Origin: Cenococcum geophilum
Lineage: Eukaryota
Assembly (NCBI GenBank): GCA_050273025.1
Contig: CP158635.1
Coordinates: 23,250,001-23,314,000, forward strand
Reading direction: 5' to 3'
Length of the DNA: 64,000 nucleotides
The notes under the pieces were generated by a model. It was given only the letters and a program-made list of their open reading frames with translations, was not told where the DNA came from and did not search any database. Shown here in pieces: positions 13,000 to 25,847 of the stretch (position 1 is its first letter; every line of letters begins with the position of its first letter). A program made the position numbers and the translations under genes.

Positions 13000-15100
13000 T
13001 AAGTTAGCGGAGGTTAAATATAAAGTATACGAATTTAATTATTAGATATAATATAACTAGAAATTGGACTCTAAACTGCATCCTAGTATATTATATTAAG
13101 CCATCCTTTAATCCACTTCTTAACACTTATAAATAAATCCTTTAAGTACTTACTCTTTATAATATTCCTAGTATATAGTGCGACAATATTATACTCCTTA
13201 TAAGCCTATAACAAATTATCATAATTAAAGTAATAGCGTAAACCTCTAGATAACAAACTCGTCTCCTTATACGGCTTAAGTAGAATATTACGTAAATATT
13301 TAGTAGCTTTACTTACGAGCTCGTATAATATATCTAGAAGTACCGCCCATTTCTTTACATCAGTCTTTACCCTCTTTTATTTTTCTATATACTTAATTAG
13401 TAGGGCTAATAATATTATATTCTTATTAAGTATTTAATCCTCCTCCTCCTAAGTAGATACCTACGAGATAATATTACTATTAATTATAATAAATAAAGCT
13501 AGGTCGCTGGCGAAATCTACTACCCTATCCTTTTATATTACTATTCTAGTAGTAATAAAGTTACGGCTAAGTCGGGTAGATAGAGGGGCTGTAGGTTTTT
13601 AAGACTTTCGCTTTAGTAGTATAATATCTATAAGAGCGCCCTTATACCAGTCTTTAATAAGGATAATTATATATCCGGTAACACTATTGCGTTAAGCAGC
13701 CCGTCCGAATTGCTATAGTATTATATTTAGGCTTTTATTGGGATAATAACCGTATATAATAAAACGGATAATATCTAGAATATCCGCACTATAGACTAGG
13801 GCGTCCGACGTAATAAGAATATAGGTAGGTAAATCTTCTATATAGAAATTTTAATACTCCCTACTCTTGTTATATTTGGATAATATTACATAATAACTCC
13901 ATACTGCTATTTTAGCCTACTTTATAGTATAGCCCTTAGTTATAAGCTACGAATGGATTATATTTAGACACCTATGGATATAATTTTTGGCATAAAGAAA
14001 AATAATCGTCTTAGGAATTAATTTAGGGCTTAAAACCTTTTATCCCTTTAGCTATATAGTGCCTTTTGCTAGATTTTAGATCCGCCTAACTAGTTAATAA
14101 ATAGAGGTAGTGGGTATTTAACTAGAAGATGCGGATATCCTACTAGGCGCTATAGGCGTTTAGCTAGATAATATAGATATTTTACTAAACCCTATAGATA
14201 TCTAGCTAAGGGTTACGGATATATAATCCTCCTCTACTACCGCCTCTTTAAATGCCTCTTTAATAATAAAGAATAGTGCCTTATAATTATTCTTATTCCT
14301 CCTCTTAATATAGCCCCTAATAATAGATAGGTTAGGCTAATTAATATTTATTTATTTAAGATCCGTTATACTCTAATAAAACCCTACTAGCTTTATTACC
14401 TTTATATACGTCTCCTTATTAAATATTATAGTATATACAAACTACGGCACTATTAAACTAAGCAGTAATCGGACCTTAAAGAGCTATACGTAATAGGGCC
14501 GGAAACTCTTACCCTAATTAATAACTAAATAATACTTATTAATTATAACTAAGGAAATATACGAGCGAAAAGTAGGCTAAGTAAGGATATAGTAAAACCG
14601 TTTATTTAATAGCAACTCTAGTAATACTAGAATATATATAAACCGACCCGCCTTAATATATTTTAGAATATCTATATACGCTTTTATTACCTCCGTATAT
14701 ATAAATACGGGATTTACTCCTAGGATAGCCCGTATCTTTAATAACTACTCCTCTCTAATTATGTTTAAAGGTAACATAATAATAGTAATAGAAGCTTAAA
14801 TTAGTAATAAAATCGCCTGTATTATTATACTCTTACCTTATAATGTCTTTACTACTAGGAATAAGTTTCTCCGCCTATATATTACCCGTCTTAATACCTT
14901 AATTTAACTAGGTTATCCGCTATACGGATATAGAAGCTTAATAGCTCTATCTATTAAGCTTAACTATTTATCTTTACTTACCTCCTGTAAGGCTAGAAGC
15001 TTATCTTATATGTTCTATAACTGCCTCTCTACTAGGGACGTAAGATCCTCCTGTAAACGATTATCTAGCTTCTATAAGCTCTACAAGACCTTTTAGCGTT
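13000..15100 (-). pseudogene. RIP-inactivated RecQ-like (SF2, DEAH/DECH) helicase
   Basis: Minus-strand relics in correct order: LFLVVKTL*GKS (motif I, ~14860-14830), LVIINKYYLVIN*GKSFRPYY (de-RIP VIDECHLV.DWGKSFRP.Y, ~14550-14490), ILITSDAL..SADILDI (motif V, ~13820-13770), *QFGRAA* (motif VI, ~13715-13690). Ends approximate. Confidence 0.8.
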
Positions 15101-15817
15101 CCTATTTAACTACAGTCTTCTAACCCTAGCGGCTAGTGCTTTTCTTCTAAGCTATAGTGGGTTTTCTATGCGGATATAACGCCTAATAGTAGTAGAGGTA
15201 CTCTAGGCTAAGGGAGGATATTTTTAAGAAAGGACCTAACTATAGCACCTACTAAGTGTTACAATAGCTTTAAGTAGTAGATGTTTATATATCTGTATAG
15301 TTTTATCTATATTAGTAGACTATTTAATAAGATATAATATGTGCTTATGCTTTTAATAACGCGTTTTTTAACTTTAACGAAATTAATATTAGGACCGAGT
15401 AATAGCCGTATTATAAAATTCGTACTATTTAGAAGCCCTAGTTCTTAAAAATATTATATTAACTTTTAGTAATAATAACGCGTTATATGAATAAATAAAT
15501 TAGATATCCGCAATATCCGTTTTACGGATTTTACTTATGCTTTTGACAAAACTCGCCAAAGCCTCTCAGACGTGATTTTGCAATTCGGAAGACGGCGTAG
15601 GTTATTCCGATGCTAGCTAAAAAATCGCGTCTGAGCTCGCTGAGGTAATTGCAGTGTGGGAGAATTGAATGAACGACTTGATTCGAAATCTATGGAAATC
15701 AGGTGGAATATATACATGAATGTAGAGTCATGACCATAGGGTCTTTTGCGACAGCGACAGGAGTATAAGGACCAAAGTTGACTAACCTGACTCATCAAAT
15801 AGCTTCGCCAAGTAAAA

Positions 15818-18403
15818 TCAGGTACGTACCGCATTACTGACACGATACACACGGACCGAGCTATCCTCACTAGCCACAGCAAGCTGTTCCACCTTGCCGT
15901 CCTTGGCAGAATGCTCAGTATCTTCGTTAGAGGCTTCCTCGCTGTGCGCAGGCCGCCAAACCAGTTGATTGATAGCTTTTGATGGCGTAAGCTTCCGATC
16001 AATAATCGCAATATCTGGCTTCTCGAGATCACCCAGAGAAATGCTGCAAATTGCAACAGTTCCATCTTCCGTCCCATACGCGAGGATAATGGCACCTCGA
16101 ACTATATGCCGCAGAAAAGAAACAGCTGTGACCGAAGAAACTGCGGAGATCGAGGTCTTACAAATAGCGCTTGAGTCTGAGAATTGCCATAACTTCACCA
16201 TTTTGTCTCGCCCAGCTGTGGCAAATACACCACCAGCGCTTTTCGGTCCCCATGATGCGTCGAGGATCATTCGTGAATGGCCTTTGGGATTAGAAGCGAC
16301 GAGTTTATAGTCAGTTGAAGAAATCCTGTCTCGTTCGAATATTGCCCATTGCCTATCTCTTCCTACGCTGAGCAAATATCGATCGTCTTCCGAGAATTCC
16401 AGACCTGTGACGGTCAAAGAGTGGACAGTAAGTGATGGTTTTATCTCACTCCACTCCTCGGTCTCATAAAGACGGATGACTGCGTGGTCAATGGAACTAG
16501 CTCTACAGGCCGTCGCCACTAGGCCGCCATCGCTGCTTGTTGCGACTGCTGAAATTTCGTAGCCATGACCGTAAAGTTTCTCGATTTCCGGCCAAAGGAG
16601 ATGTCTAGCAAGATGGTCTTCAAATGGAGGGTGGTCGAAATTGAGAGTAGACTTGTGTATTACTGAAGCAGGATCGACAGCTTCTCGCTCATCCTCTTCC
16701 CTAATGGTCACAGTTTCATCATCTTCCACTGCCTGGATAGCTTTATTGGAGAGGCCGAGAACTGGAATGTTGGCAGCATCCGGCAGTGATTGACTCGAGG
16801 TGGATTCAATGCCGCAAAGGCGACATAGCAGGCTTGCTGCACCTCGTGGTTCATCAAAGACTCGAAGAAGCTTCTCATCGGCACCAGAGATGAATTGAGA
16901 AGAACTAATAGAGTCGATACAGTTGAGGTCATATCCGTGAATTTGAGGCCTCGAGAACTCATGCCAAGAACGTTTGGTTCCTCGTCTCCATTCAGCATAG
17001 AGTCTGGTCGTTTGATCAGAACCCGTTGATAACAGATAAGAGCCATTCTTGGCCCAACATAGTCCCTTGACATCTCTAATGTGACCACTGATAGCAACCT
17101 GCTGTGACCACCTATCCTCGGATGATACGTAGATCCATAGTCGCCAACTCCCGGTTCTACCCAGTGAAACAACCGAGCTTCCGTCTGGTGACCAAAGTCC
17201 AATCCAGAAACCTCCAGTACTTCCCGTTGCCGATGTGGATCCTTTCTGAGCACTGATTTCCCCAAGCCTCGCCGCACAAATCCACACGCCGGATGTTGGG
17301 TCTGGTTCCCATATGGCAAGTGAGTTATCCGCTGATGTGGAGAGAAGCTGCAGTTTGTCTTGATTATGACACCAGGAGGCCGAATATATCCAGTCTTCAT
17401 GGCCCAGGAGTAACGCCTCAAAGGTGATTGAGTATTTAAAAAGTTTCGACTGTATTCGATGAGCCTTATTGGAAAGGGATTTACCAAGCACGCCTAGGGC
17501 GGGGCCATTGGTTGCACTGCTCATGGCCGGTAATTCGTCTCCCTGATGAACGCGCCAAAGGCGGATGTACTTATCTTGACTAGCTGAGGCCAATAAGAGA
17601 TCTCCACCGCCGCTGGCTTGGTCTTGACTAAATGTCAAAGACCTAACCCATCCTTCGTGGCCAGTGAGGGTTGCTGCGAGATCAAAAAGATTATCTTTAG
17701 AAACATATATCTGGACAATACTCTTTGTGCCTGCAATTGCGAGAATAAGAGATGAACCATCTAGTCTGGTAATAGCCAGGGTCAAGGGAAAGAATTTTGG
17801 AGAAAGGGTTATCGATTGAAGTAATTCCAAATCAATCTCAGTAAATGTGGCATCATGAACGAGCTTCCATACTCTTACTATGCCATCAGATGAACCAGAG
17901 GCAAATATATCTGAACTCGGAAGAGTCGTTAGGCAATGGATGGGATTCTGATGATCAGTGATGGTTTTCACCAGCTCAAAGCTTGTTAGCGAGCTTCCAT
18001 ATGCTCGCCAAATTCGCAACGTTTTGTCAGTAGAACCACTTAATATTACGGTGTTATCGGAAGTTCCAGTGGGAAAGAACTTCACGACATTTACAACATC
18101 CGTGTGACCATTAAGTAGTGCTTTGACGCCCCGGAAGTCCTCATCCTTCAGAAAGTAAGCAAATCAACATGTGACCCTGGTAAATATTAAAACACGAATC
18201 CCCATTGCTCTCCCCGAACTCTTATATTGATAGGCATAAGAGAAAGACCATCGGTGAAACGTTTTACGTACCAGAGGATCCCACAATGCGACGTTAGAGT
18301 CAGCACCGAATGCCAGCAGACCAGAGCCTTCTGGATCCCAGTCAGCGGCAGATGGATGCCGATTCCCACCCGTTGAGATAAAGTCGGTGGCGGCATTAGA
18401 CAT
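15818..18403 (-). CDS. ELP2: Elongator complex protein 2 (WD40 repeat scaffold subunit), ~819 aa; exons 18403-18272 and 18145-15818
   Basis: Elp2 signature motifs GHEDW, SRPQIHGYD, SGADEK, PVLGLSNKA, LWPEIEKLYGHGYE and SVGRDR. Exon 1 MSNAATDFISTGGNRHPSAADW...LWDPL; phase-0 intron 18271-18146 (GTACGT...AAG) joins in frame to DEDFRGVKALLNGHTD. TGA at 15818-15820. Confidence 0.96.
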
Positions 18404-18587
18404 CTTAATAGAGTTCCGATGCGGAGGTAGTGTACGGAAACGCCTTTCAATAAGTCGAAAACTCAACACCAAAAAACTCTCGCGCTAGTGCTCGCTTAGC
18501 TCTACATAACCTCGCATCCCGCAGGCCTCTTCAACTGATCTTACCTCCATTGCATAAACAGTATACTCTATTTCAACGCTGGTGCAA
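18404..18587. promoter_or_regulatory. Putative bidirectional promoter and 5' UTRs shared by ELP2 and URM1
   Basis: Only 184 bp separate the two divergent ATGs. No specific element identified. Confidence 0.7.
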
Positions 18588-19023
18588 ATGTCGCAAAACA
18601 AAGTCAAAGATGTCATTCCGATAACAGTAGAGTTCAGGTACGTTCACTACCATGCGCTGCAAAACCGCTGACACCTTCAGCGGCGGACTTGAAATGTTAT
18701 TCTCAAATCAGCGGAAGCATACCCTATCAATTCCTACCAAAGATGAATCAGGCTCGGCATCAAACATTGCCTTTCTCGTCAGGTATCTCTGTGAAAACGT
18801 CATGCAGGACAGTCGGAGAGAGCTCTTTGTACTCGATGACACAGTGTAAGCTTTAATCCATCTCTTTATATGTTTCCATTATTTTGACATGCTAACGCTC
18901 TCTAGGCGACCAGGCATTCTAGTTCTCATCAATGATGCTGATTGGGAACTTGAAGGAGAAGATAAATATAAAATCCAGGATAGCGACAACATTCTTTTCA
19001 TGTCAACACTCCATGGAGGTTGA
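18588..19023 (+). CDS. URM1: Ubiquitin-related modifier 1 (sulfur carrier for tRNA U34 2-thiolation), 110 aa; exons 18588-18637, 18681-18845, 18906-19023
   Basis: Spliced product [24 protein letters not shown]...[31 protein letters not shown]...[10 protein letters not shown]. Introns GTACGT..GCTGAC..CAG (43 nt) and GTAAGC..GCTAAC..TAG (60 nt). C-terminal LHGG and [15 protein letters not shown] are Urm1 hallmarks. Confidence 0.97.
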
Positions 19024-19381
19024 ATTTTAATACCGCTTTGGCTGAGGGCATGCATGACAGAATTTTGGCATAGTGGTAGCGCACAGCTAGTTCAATATAG
19101 TCCCAGATTCATGCAAAATACCTCTATTCTATGGTGATGAAATATTCCATTTCTGAAGCTTAACCCATTTTGGACAATGCTGGTATTTTGCCCTAAAAAG
19201 CAATTCCATACCAGCCATCCGCCTTTCAACTATCATCCTGCTAGCACATTTTGCTCAAGTGCGCAGATTTTGACAAATGGTTTTACTAGTCTAGTAAACA
19301 CTAGGAGGCCGTGTTATGCCTAGAAATCTATTTAGGTGGATATTCGGGCAATATTTCTCATAAGGATTTTCTTGACACTAT

Positions 19382-20880
19382 CACTTTCTATAAGTTATCT
19401 TTCCTATCTATTAGTTTAGTATGGCGTCCAATATTCCTAGCTTTCCTTTATAACTACATAAGGCCTATATCCTCCGTAGTTAACTTAGCTAGGTCACTAC
19501 TAGCTTTTTAGGTCTTTAGTATAGGTGGCGTAATATAGCTAGTCTAGGGGCGGCGTAGTATACGGATCTATTGCGGGTTAAGCTATACATCTTTCTTAAA
19601 GGCCTTATCTCTACGCATAGCATCTATTTAATAAATAGTATTAATCTAGAGCCGTATAAGGTTTTCCATTATAATACTGATTTCTTTTATAAAAGAAGGG
19701 GTTAGGGGTAGGGTTTTGAGCTAGATAAGCCACCTACTTCGTATATTAAGCTATAAGCCTAAATAGGCTAGCCATTTTCCTTTTAAGATTATATTATAGC
19801 TTCCTAGGTCCATAATAAGGAAGGGGATATTATACTACCTTTATCTATTAACGCGGAGGTAAATTTACAAGATAGTTGTAATAAGTGGCCCTATCCGTCC
19901 ATTATACCCATAAATAGGAATTAGTTTAGGCAGTTCTTTAATAAGTATATTTAAAAAGTCAGCTAGCTTTATAGCACACTAGGTATCTATTAAGGTAAAG
20001 GCATTTACTCTAAAGTTAACTAAAGCAGAGGTTAAAACTTGGTATCTATTATAAAATAAAGTATAAGGGATAGTATAGCTTCTTTTACTAACTAGCCGAC
20101 CTAGATTAACATATAATATATTAATCCCTTTTAATCCTAAAGAGGAGTCTTCCTTTAGGGTTCCTCTTTTTCTAACTCCGCGCTATCCTCCTAGATTAAT
20201 AAAACCTTGTCTATTTTTTCATTTATTAGGCAGTCTTTTATATAATAGCCTTTCTAACCATATAAGAAGTAAGCTCCTTAATTACTAAGGGCTTATCTTT
20301 AGGGGTCGCTATATATAGGCTAAGTATATACTAGACCCGCAGTAGGACTAGCCATATAGCTAGCTGCTAAATTAATAGCGGGCTATACAGCTAGTGCTGT
20401 AGGAGTTGCTAATCGTGCTAGGGCACTATAGGCCGTTCTTATAGTGGTCTAGTTTGGAGAGTTTTGGGCTTTATACTATTTAGCTCGTGTCTTAATTTAA
20501 TAGAGGCCTTAGTTAATAGCCAAGCACTAGTCTATAAGTTCTTTTAGCGTCTATATAGTAGTAAAAACCAGTAGTACGGCTTAGTGTAGGTCTAGGGTAA
20601 GCTTATTAGATGGGTCTAGCATTAGATCTTCCTAGGGAATTTAAGCTTAGTCAGCTAGGTATAGAAAGTGAGTCTAAAAGGCTAAAAAGGGCTCCGTTAT
20701 TTTTATATTTAGGCTTTTATAATTAAGGCGGGCGTTTTACACCTTAAAGGGGTCCTTATAAATAGAAGATAGGTAGTTAATTATCTCTTCTCTAGAGAGG
20801 AAGGGATCTGCTAAGTCATATATATATCGTGGATATAGGTACGTCTATACGTCTTTACTAGTACAGCTAAAGATATAGGC
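19382..20880 (-). mobile_element. Gypsy element A: inverted gag C-terminus/protease segment
   Basis: Homologous to 60622-61775 and to 57221-57545 of element B. Its minus-strand end (...ttatagaaagtga) is continued by 20881 (aacgtaagct) on the plus strand, as in B at 57535-57560. Confidence 0.85.
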
Positions 20881-23800
20881 AACGTAAGCTAAGGAAGACT
20901 ATAAACACTATACCGTAAAATACGTCTTAATAGATATCCGTAAAGAAACTAGCGGACCTTCTACCAGTTAACGTCTACTGTATTAATGCCGTAGGATTCT
21001 ACTAAAACTTGGTTTAGTTTAATACCGTCGCTTTTATAACTAGCTTATACGAAGTTAATTAAATAATTAAGGAAAAGGAAAGTAAGCTTAGCGGATAAGA
21101 AAGCGAGCTTATAGATAAGGAACTAGTAGAATAAAAGCTGCCCTATTAATACCAGAAATTTAAAAACGTATTCTCTAAAGTAGCGGCTAATATACTTTTA
21201 CCTTACTAACTATATAACTATAAAATCGAGATTAAGCAGGGCAAAGAAAATACCCTTAGCTTTAGCCCCCTCTATAAGTAGTTTATTGCCGAATTATAGG
21301 CTATAAAGTAGTATATTATTAATAACCTAAATAAGGGCTTTATTAAGCCTAGCTAAGCCCCTTTCGCCTCGCCTATTCTCTTTATTAAAAAGCTAAATAG
21401 AGGACTTCGCTTTTACGTTAATTACTATAAGCTAAATAACCTAACCCGTAAGGACTGCTATCCGCTACCCCTACTTAATAAGACTTTAGCCTAAATAAGT
21501 AGAGCTAAAGTCTTTATAAAGCTTAATATCCGCTAGGCCTTTTACTAAATTAGGATAAACCCTAGGTCTAAGGACCTTAATATATTTTAGACCTATTACG
21601 AAACGTATAAATATAAGGTACTCCCTTTTAGACAAACTAATAGACTAGTTACGTACTAGTGGTATATAAATAACGTACTCTTTAACTACCTTAACGACTT
21701 CTATACGGCCTATTTAGATAATATTATAATCTACTCTAAGAACGAGTTAAAATATAAGGAGCACGTTTATAAAGTCCTATAACGGCTTTATAAGGCTAGC
21801 CTCTAGGTTAATATTAAAAAGTTAAAGTTTAGTGTTAAGCGTATAAAGTACCTAGGTTTTATTATTAGTATAGACGGAATTAAAGCCAACCTAGAGAAGA
21901 CGGCTATAATTAACTAGTGGGTACCCCCACGGACTATAAAGGGGGTATAATTATTTTTAAGTTTTTATAACTTCTACTGCCGCTTTATTAAGAACTATAG
22001 CAAGATTTCTTAGCCTCTTAATTATCTTATTAGAAAAGACTAGCCCTTCTACTTTAACGCTATATATAGGCAGGCCTTTAATAAGCTTAAAAAACGGCTA
22101 GTATTAGCTCCCCTACTTGCCTATTTTGACCTAGAATGGCCCTTAATGCTAAAAACTAATGCCTTAGACGGCATAATAGCCGGTGTTTTTCCCCAGAAGT
22201 AACCGGACGGAGAATAGCACCCTATTATATATTATTTAAAGACTATAATAGATGCTGAGCTAAACAATAATATCCATAATAAAGAAATGCTGGCTATTAT
22301 CTCTAGCTTTTAGCACTGGCGTATATAGTTAAAGGGGACCCCTAAGCTAATTAAGGTAGTTTTAGATTATAAGGCCCTTACGGCTTAGTAAGTACGCTAG
22401 GCAGATACCCTATTTTAGTTTAACTTCTTAATTATATATAGACTAGGTACTATAAACCGTGCGGACGCTCTTATAAGGCGTAAATAAGACCTAGATAACT
22501 AGATGGCTATAAAGATCTTATTATAGACCTAAATGCTACTATAACTAGAACACCTTAACCCTTAGATATAGGTAGAACTAAGTATAGACTTCTTAGGCGC
22601 CAAGATATGTCCTATTAACTTCTCTAAACTTAACCTTATTAATAAACTACTATAGGCTAACTGAACGACCCCCTCTCTATAGGAGTACTGTAAAAAGGCA
22701 AAGGACGTTACCAGCCTATAGTCCCTTAAAAACGGACTACTTAAGCACTAGGAATGGCTAGTAGTAGCTAAGGAATAGAACTTATAGACTTGGCTTATTG
22801 CCGAAGCTTATACCTAGGTCTCTATAGCCTACCCTAAAAAAAATAAGACCCGTAAGATTATTAATAACCGCTACTATTAGCCCAGAATAGTTATAAATAT
22901 TAACCGTTATATATAGAACTGCGATAGCTGCCGTAGATTTATAATCCTATAAGATAAGACCCTAGAACTATTAAAATCACTCCTAATGCTAGAACGCCCC
23001 TAGTAGTATATCTCTATAGACTTCTATAAGCTACTTATAGACCGTAATAAATATAATATAGTTATAATTTTAGTTAACCGCTTTAGCAAGCGCCTATTCT
23101 TAATCCCATGTTATAAGAATATTAATATTAAAGAAGCGGCCTAACTATATATCTACTAAATTTACGGACTACTAGATACTATTATATCCAATTATAGGCC
23201 GCAATTTATATTAGCTTTTTAGAATAAGTTTACCCTAATCTTAGGTATTAAGCTAAAGCTTTTTATAGTATACTACCCCTAGATAGATAGTTAGACGGAA
23301 ATTATAAATTAATACTTAGATTAGAGACTTCGGCCCTTTATTAACTACTTCTAAGATAACTAGGCTAAACTGCTACCCCTAATAGACTATGCCTAAGCGA
23401 CCCTACCTTACAACTCTACAGGATTTGCCCCTATTTAGCTGGAAATAGGTTACTTACCCCATATAAGCTTTAACTAAAAAAGACTAAAAGGACCCCGGAC
23501 TATACGCGAAAAACTATTTTATAAGGAAGCATAGTAGTACACTAAGCGCTTAGAAGAAGCTTAGATAGTAGCCTATATAAATCTAGAAAAGGCTTAGAAA
23601 TTAATGCAATAGTAGGCGAATAAGTATAGGCGAGAGCCTAGCTTTGCTGTGGGAGGTATAGTCTAGGTTATAATAAAGAACTAGAGGATAGAATAACCTA
23701 GCCGTAAACTAGACTATTAGATAGTAGGACCGTATAAGGTTCTTAAGAAGATAGACAACTTATATAAAGTAAAGCTTCCAGATTCGATTAAAGTTTACCC

Positions 23801-24485
23801 TATTTTCTCTTTAGATAAACTACGGAAAGCTATAAATAACCTATTACCTAGATAAAAGAACGAACCTCCCCTGCTAATCTAAGTTAATAGCGATAATAAA
23901 TAGGAAATTAAAGAAATACTGGCCTGTAAGCTTATAAGGGGAACGTTAAAATATTGCGTTAGTTAGAAAGGGTATAATCTAAACCCTACTTAGTACCCTA
24001 TATAGAACTTTATAAGTAGTCCCTATAAGCTTTAAAAGTTTTATAGCTATTACCCTAACAAACCTAAACCCCTAAAGTACCTTAATAAGTAGATAAAGTG
24101 CTAGAATAGCGAAGATAATAAGCTGCCTATTAAGTATAAAGATAAGAATACCCTATAGATATAATACGGATATATAAAGCCTAAGGGCAGGCTTTTTTTA
24201 GAGGGGGGGGGGGGTAATGTTATAGCGCTGGTGGAAACTAATGGATATTGGTGGAAACTAGTAGATTATAGCTAATAGATATTAGTGGATTATAGTAAAT
24301 AGTTTTACATAGTTTTAGACAATTGCCGTTACGTAACTAGAGGATTATATATAACGTTAAGCGGCGCCGCCCTCTGTCTTCTTTCCTTTCTCTAGCTTTA
24401 GATCCTCGTTTATAGACAATCTAATTATATAGGCTTGCGCGACCCTTTTGCCGTACTCGTGCCTTAATTGACTAAGTTGTTAATA
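20881..24485 (+). mobile_element. Gypsy element A (chromovirus): RT, RNase H, integrase, chromodomain, PPT and 3' LTR (24218-24485)
   Basis: AYLDNIIIYS (RT YLDD relic, ~21710), IHNKEMLAII (RNase H), integrase and chromodomain relics, G-run PPT at 24201-24214, TG...TA(CA) LTR followed by CCTTT. Confidence 0.92.
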
Positions 24486-25483
24486 CCTTTAGATATAAAG
24501 CTAGGAATAACCTTATATATAGCCCTTTTTAAAGATAAAAAGGATAAGCTTTAAGTTCTCTATATGAGGTATAAGACAATAAAGAAGAAATATAAAAAGT
24601 AAAAAGTAGCTTTAACCTCTCTATAAAGCTATATTACTAGTATAGTAGCTAGAAACCTAAATACCTATATACTAGGTATTAACTTAGTATATAACGCGCT
24701 GGTGGCTCTTAAGGAGAGAATTGCCCTTACTAATACTATATATTAGCTCTACCTATCTATTTAATATATTAAGGTTAAGAAGGGCCTAAAGAACTAGAAC
24801 TTTAAAGCCTGGCTATAGTGGTAGGAGAAGATATATAATAATTATTAAAGGATTAACTTACTAGTTATATATAATTAAAGACTTCCTATATAAGAGTACA
24901 TATATTAGATCCCGCGGCGCTTATAATAAGTTCGTAAGCACTCTGTGTCTTTTTGGCCGTATAGCGACATATAGGTGGGAACGTTATATTCTACTAGCTG
25001 TAGAGTTAGTATTACTAAATTAAGCCTTAATATAGAGAGTTAAATTTAATAAATATAACTAGGCTAGTGACTATATAATATCTATATATTAACTAGTTAA
25101 AATATATTAGAACTATTAATAATTAGAAACTACTTAGAAGAATAAAGCTTAACTAAGTATTAGTAAGCTTTTAGGGCAAGTTAATTAATAGAGCTTTTAA
25201 GAATAAAGCTCTTAAGGCTCTTACTACTCCTTTTAGTAGAATGGTATAGAAGAAAAATACCTTAATATGCTACTATAAAGCTGTTTACTGGTTTAAAGAT
25301 TATCCTTATATTAATGAATTAGTTTAATTAAAAGATTGGAGATTAAATAAAGCCATAGTTAAGAAGGTTAAGGAAAACATTGCTAATGCCCTAGAATAGT
25401 ATAAGTAAATACTTAAGAATTTAAGGAAAAGGGAAGCTATATAGAGCCCAGATAAAAATTAGAAGGAAGATAATAGCATATTT
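24486..25483 (+). mobile_element. Host copia-like element G, gag fragment; continues at 46377-46458 and 52661-~53095, with its 5' part at ~54370-54540 (minus)
   Basis: Reading frame is restored when nested elements are removed at their TSDs. The protease relic IILNSITTIYIINN*LRF (de-RIP .ILDSATT.H..ND..RF) spans the 46458/52661 junction. Confidence 0.65.
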
Positions 25484-25847
25484 TGTTAGGTAAAACTTAA
25501 GTAAATAGTTATATAGCTATAAGGTATGGGCGACCCTAAGGCAACCTAGGGGTAACTCGCCCATAAGGCACGTGCTCTATACGTGCCTAGGGAAAACCCT
25601 TTCTACCTCGCATATAGACTCCTTCTTTTTCCTTAAGGATTCGTCTCTGTCTATACAATATACCTATTATTCTATTATTGGACTCTCTATCTACACCCTT
25701 ACCGTATATTTAAATTCTTATCAATCCCCCTAGGAGGATAGCCGGTTTAATTTTTCTATAATGCCTCTAAAAAGAAAACTAACGTCTATACCTAACGGTA
25801 ATACGCTAGCAATATAACCGCAAAATGCCTTAGGATCTAGTGCAGAC

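Noticed and set aside
15613..17487. ORF-track entries 15613-16095(-), 15969-16310(+) and 16708-17487(-)
   Set aside because: Alternative-frame or antisense shadows of ELP2 with no recognisable motifs.
18164..18472. ORFs 18164-18472 and 18187-18450 as separate genes; 18085 as the ELP2 start
   Set aside because: The first contains ELP2 exon 1 reading into the intron, the second is another frame, and 18085 is an internal GTG of exon 2.
18487..18500. 14-bp match AGTGCTCGCTTAGC between the ELP2/URM1 promoter and Ngaro repeat A (11945-11958)
   Set aside because: No flanking similarity; a single 14-mer match in this search space is not clearly beyond chance.
18652..18849. 65-aa ORF as a standalone protein
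   Set aside because: It is URM1 exon 2 with an intronic ATG; the true gene has three exons.
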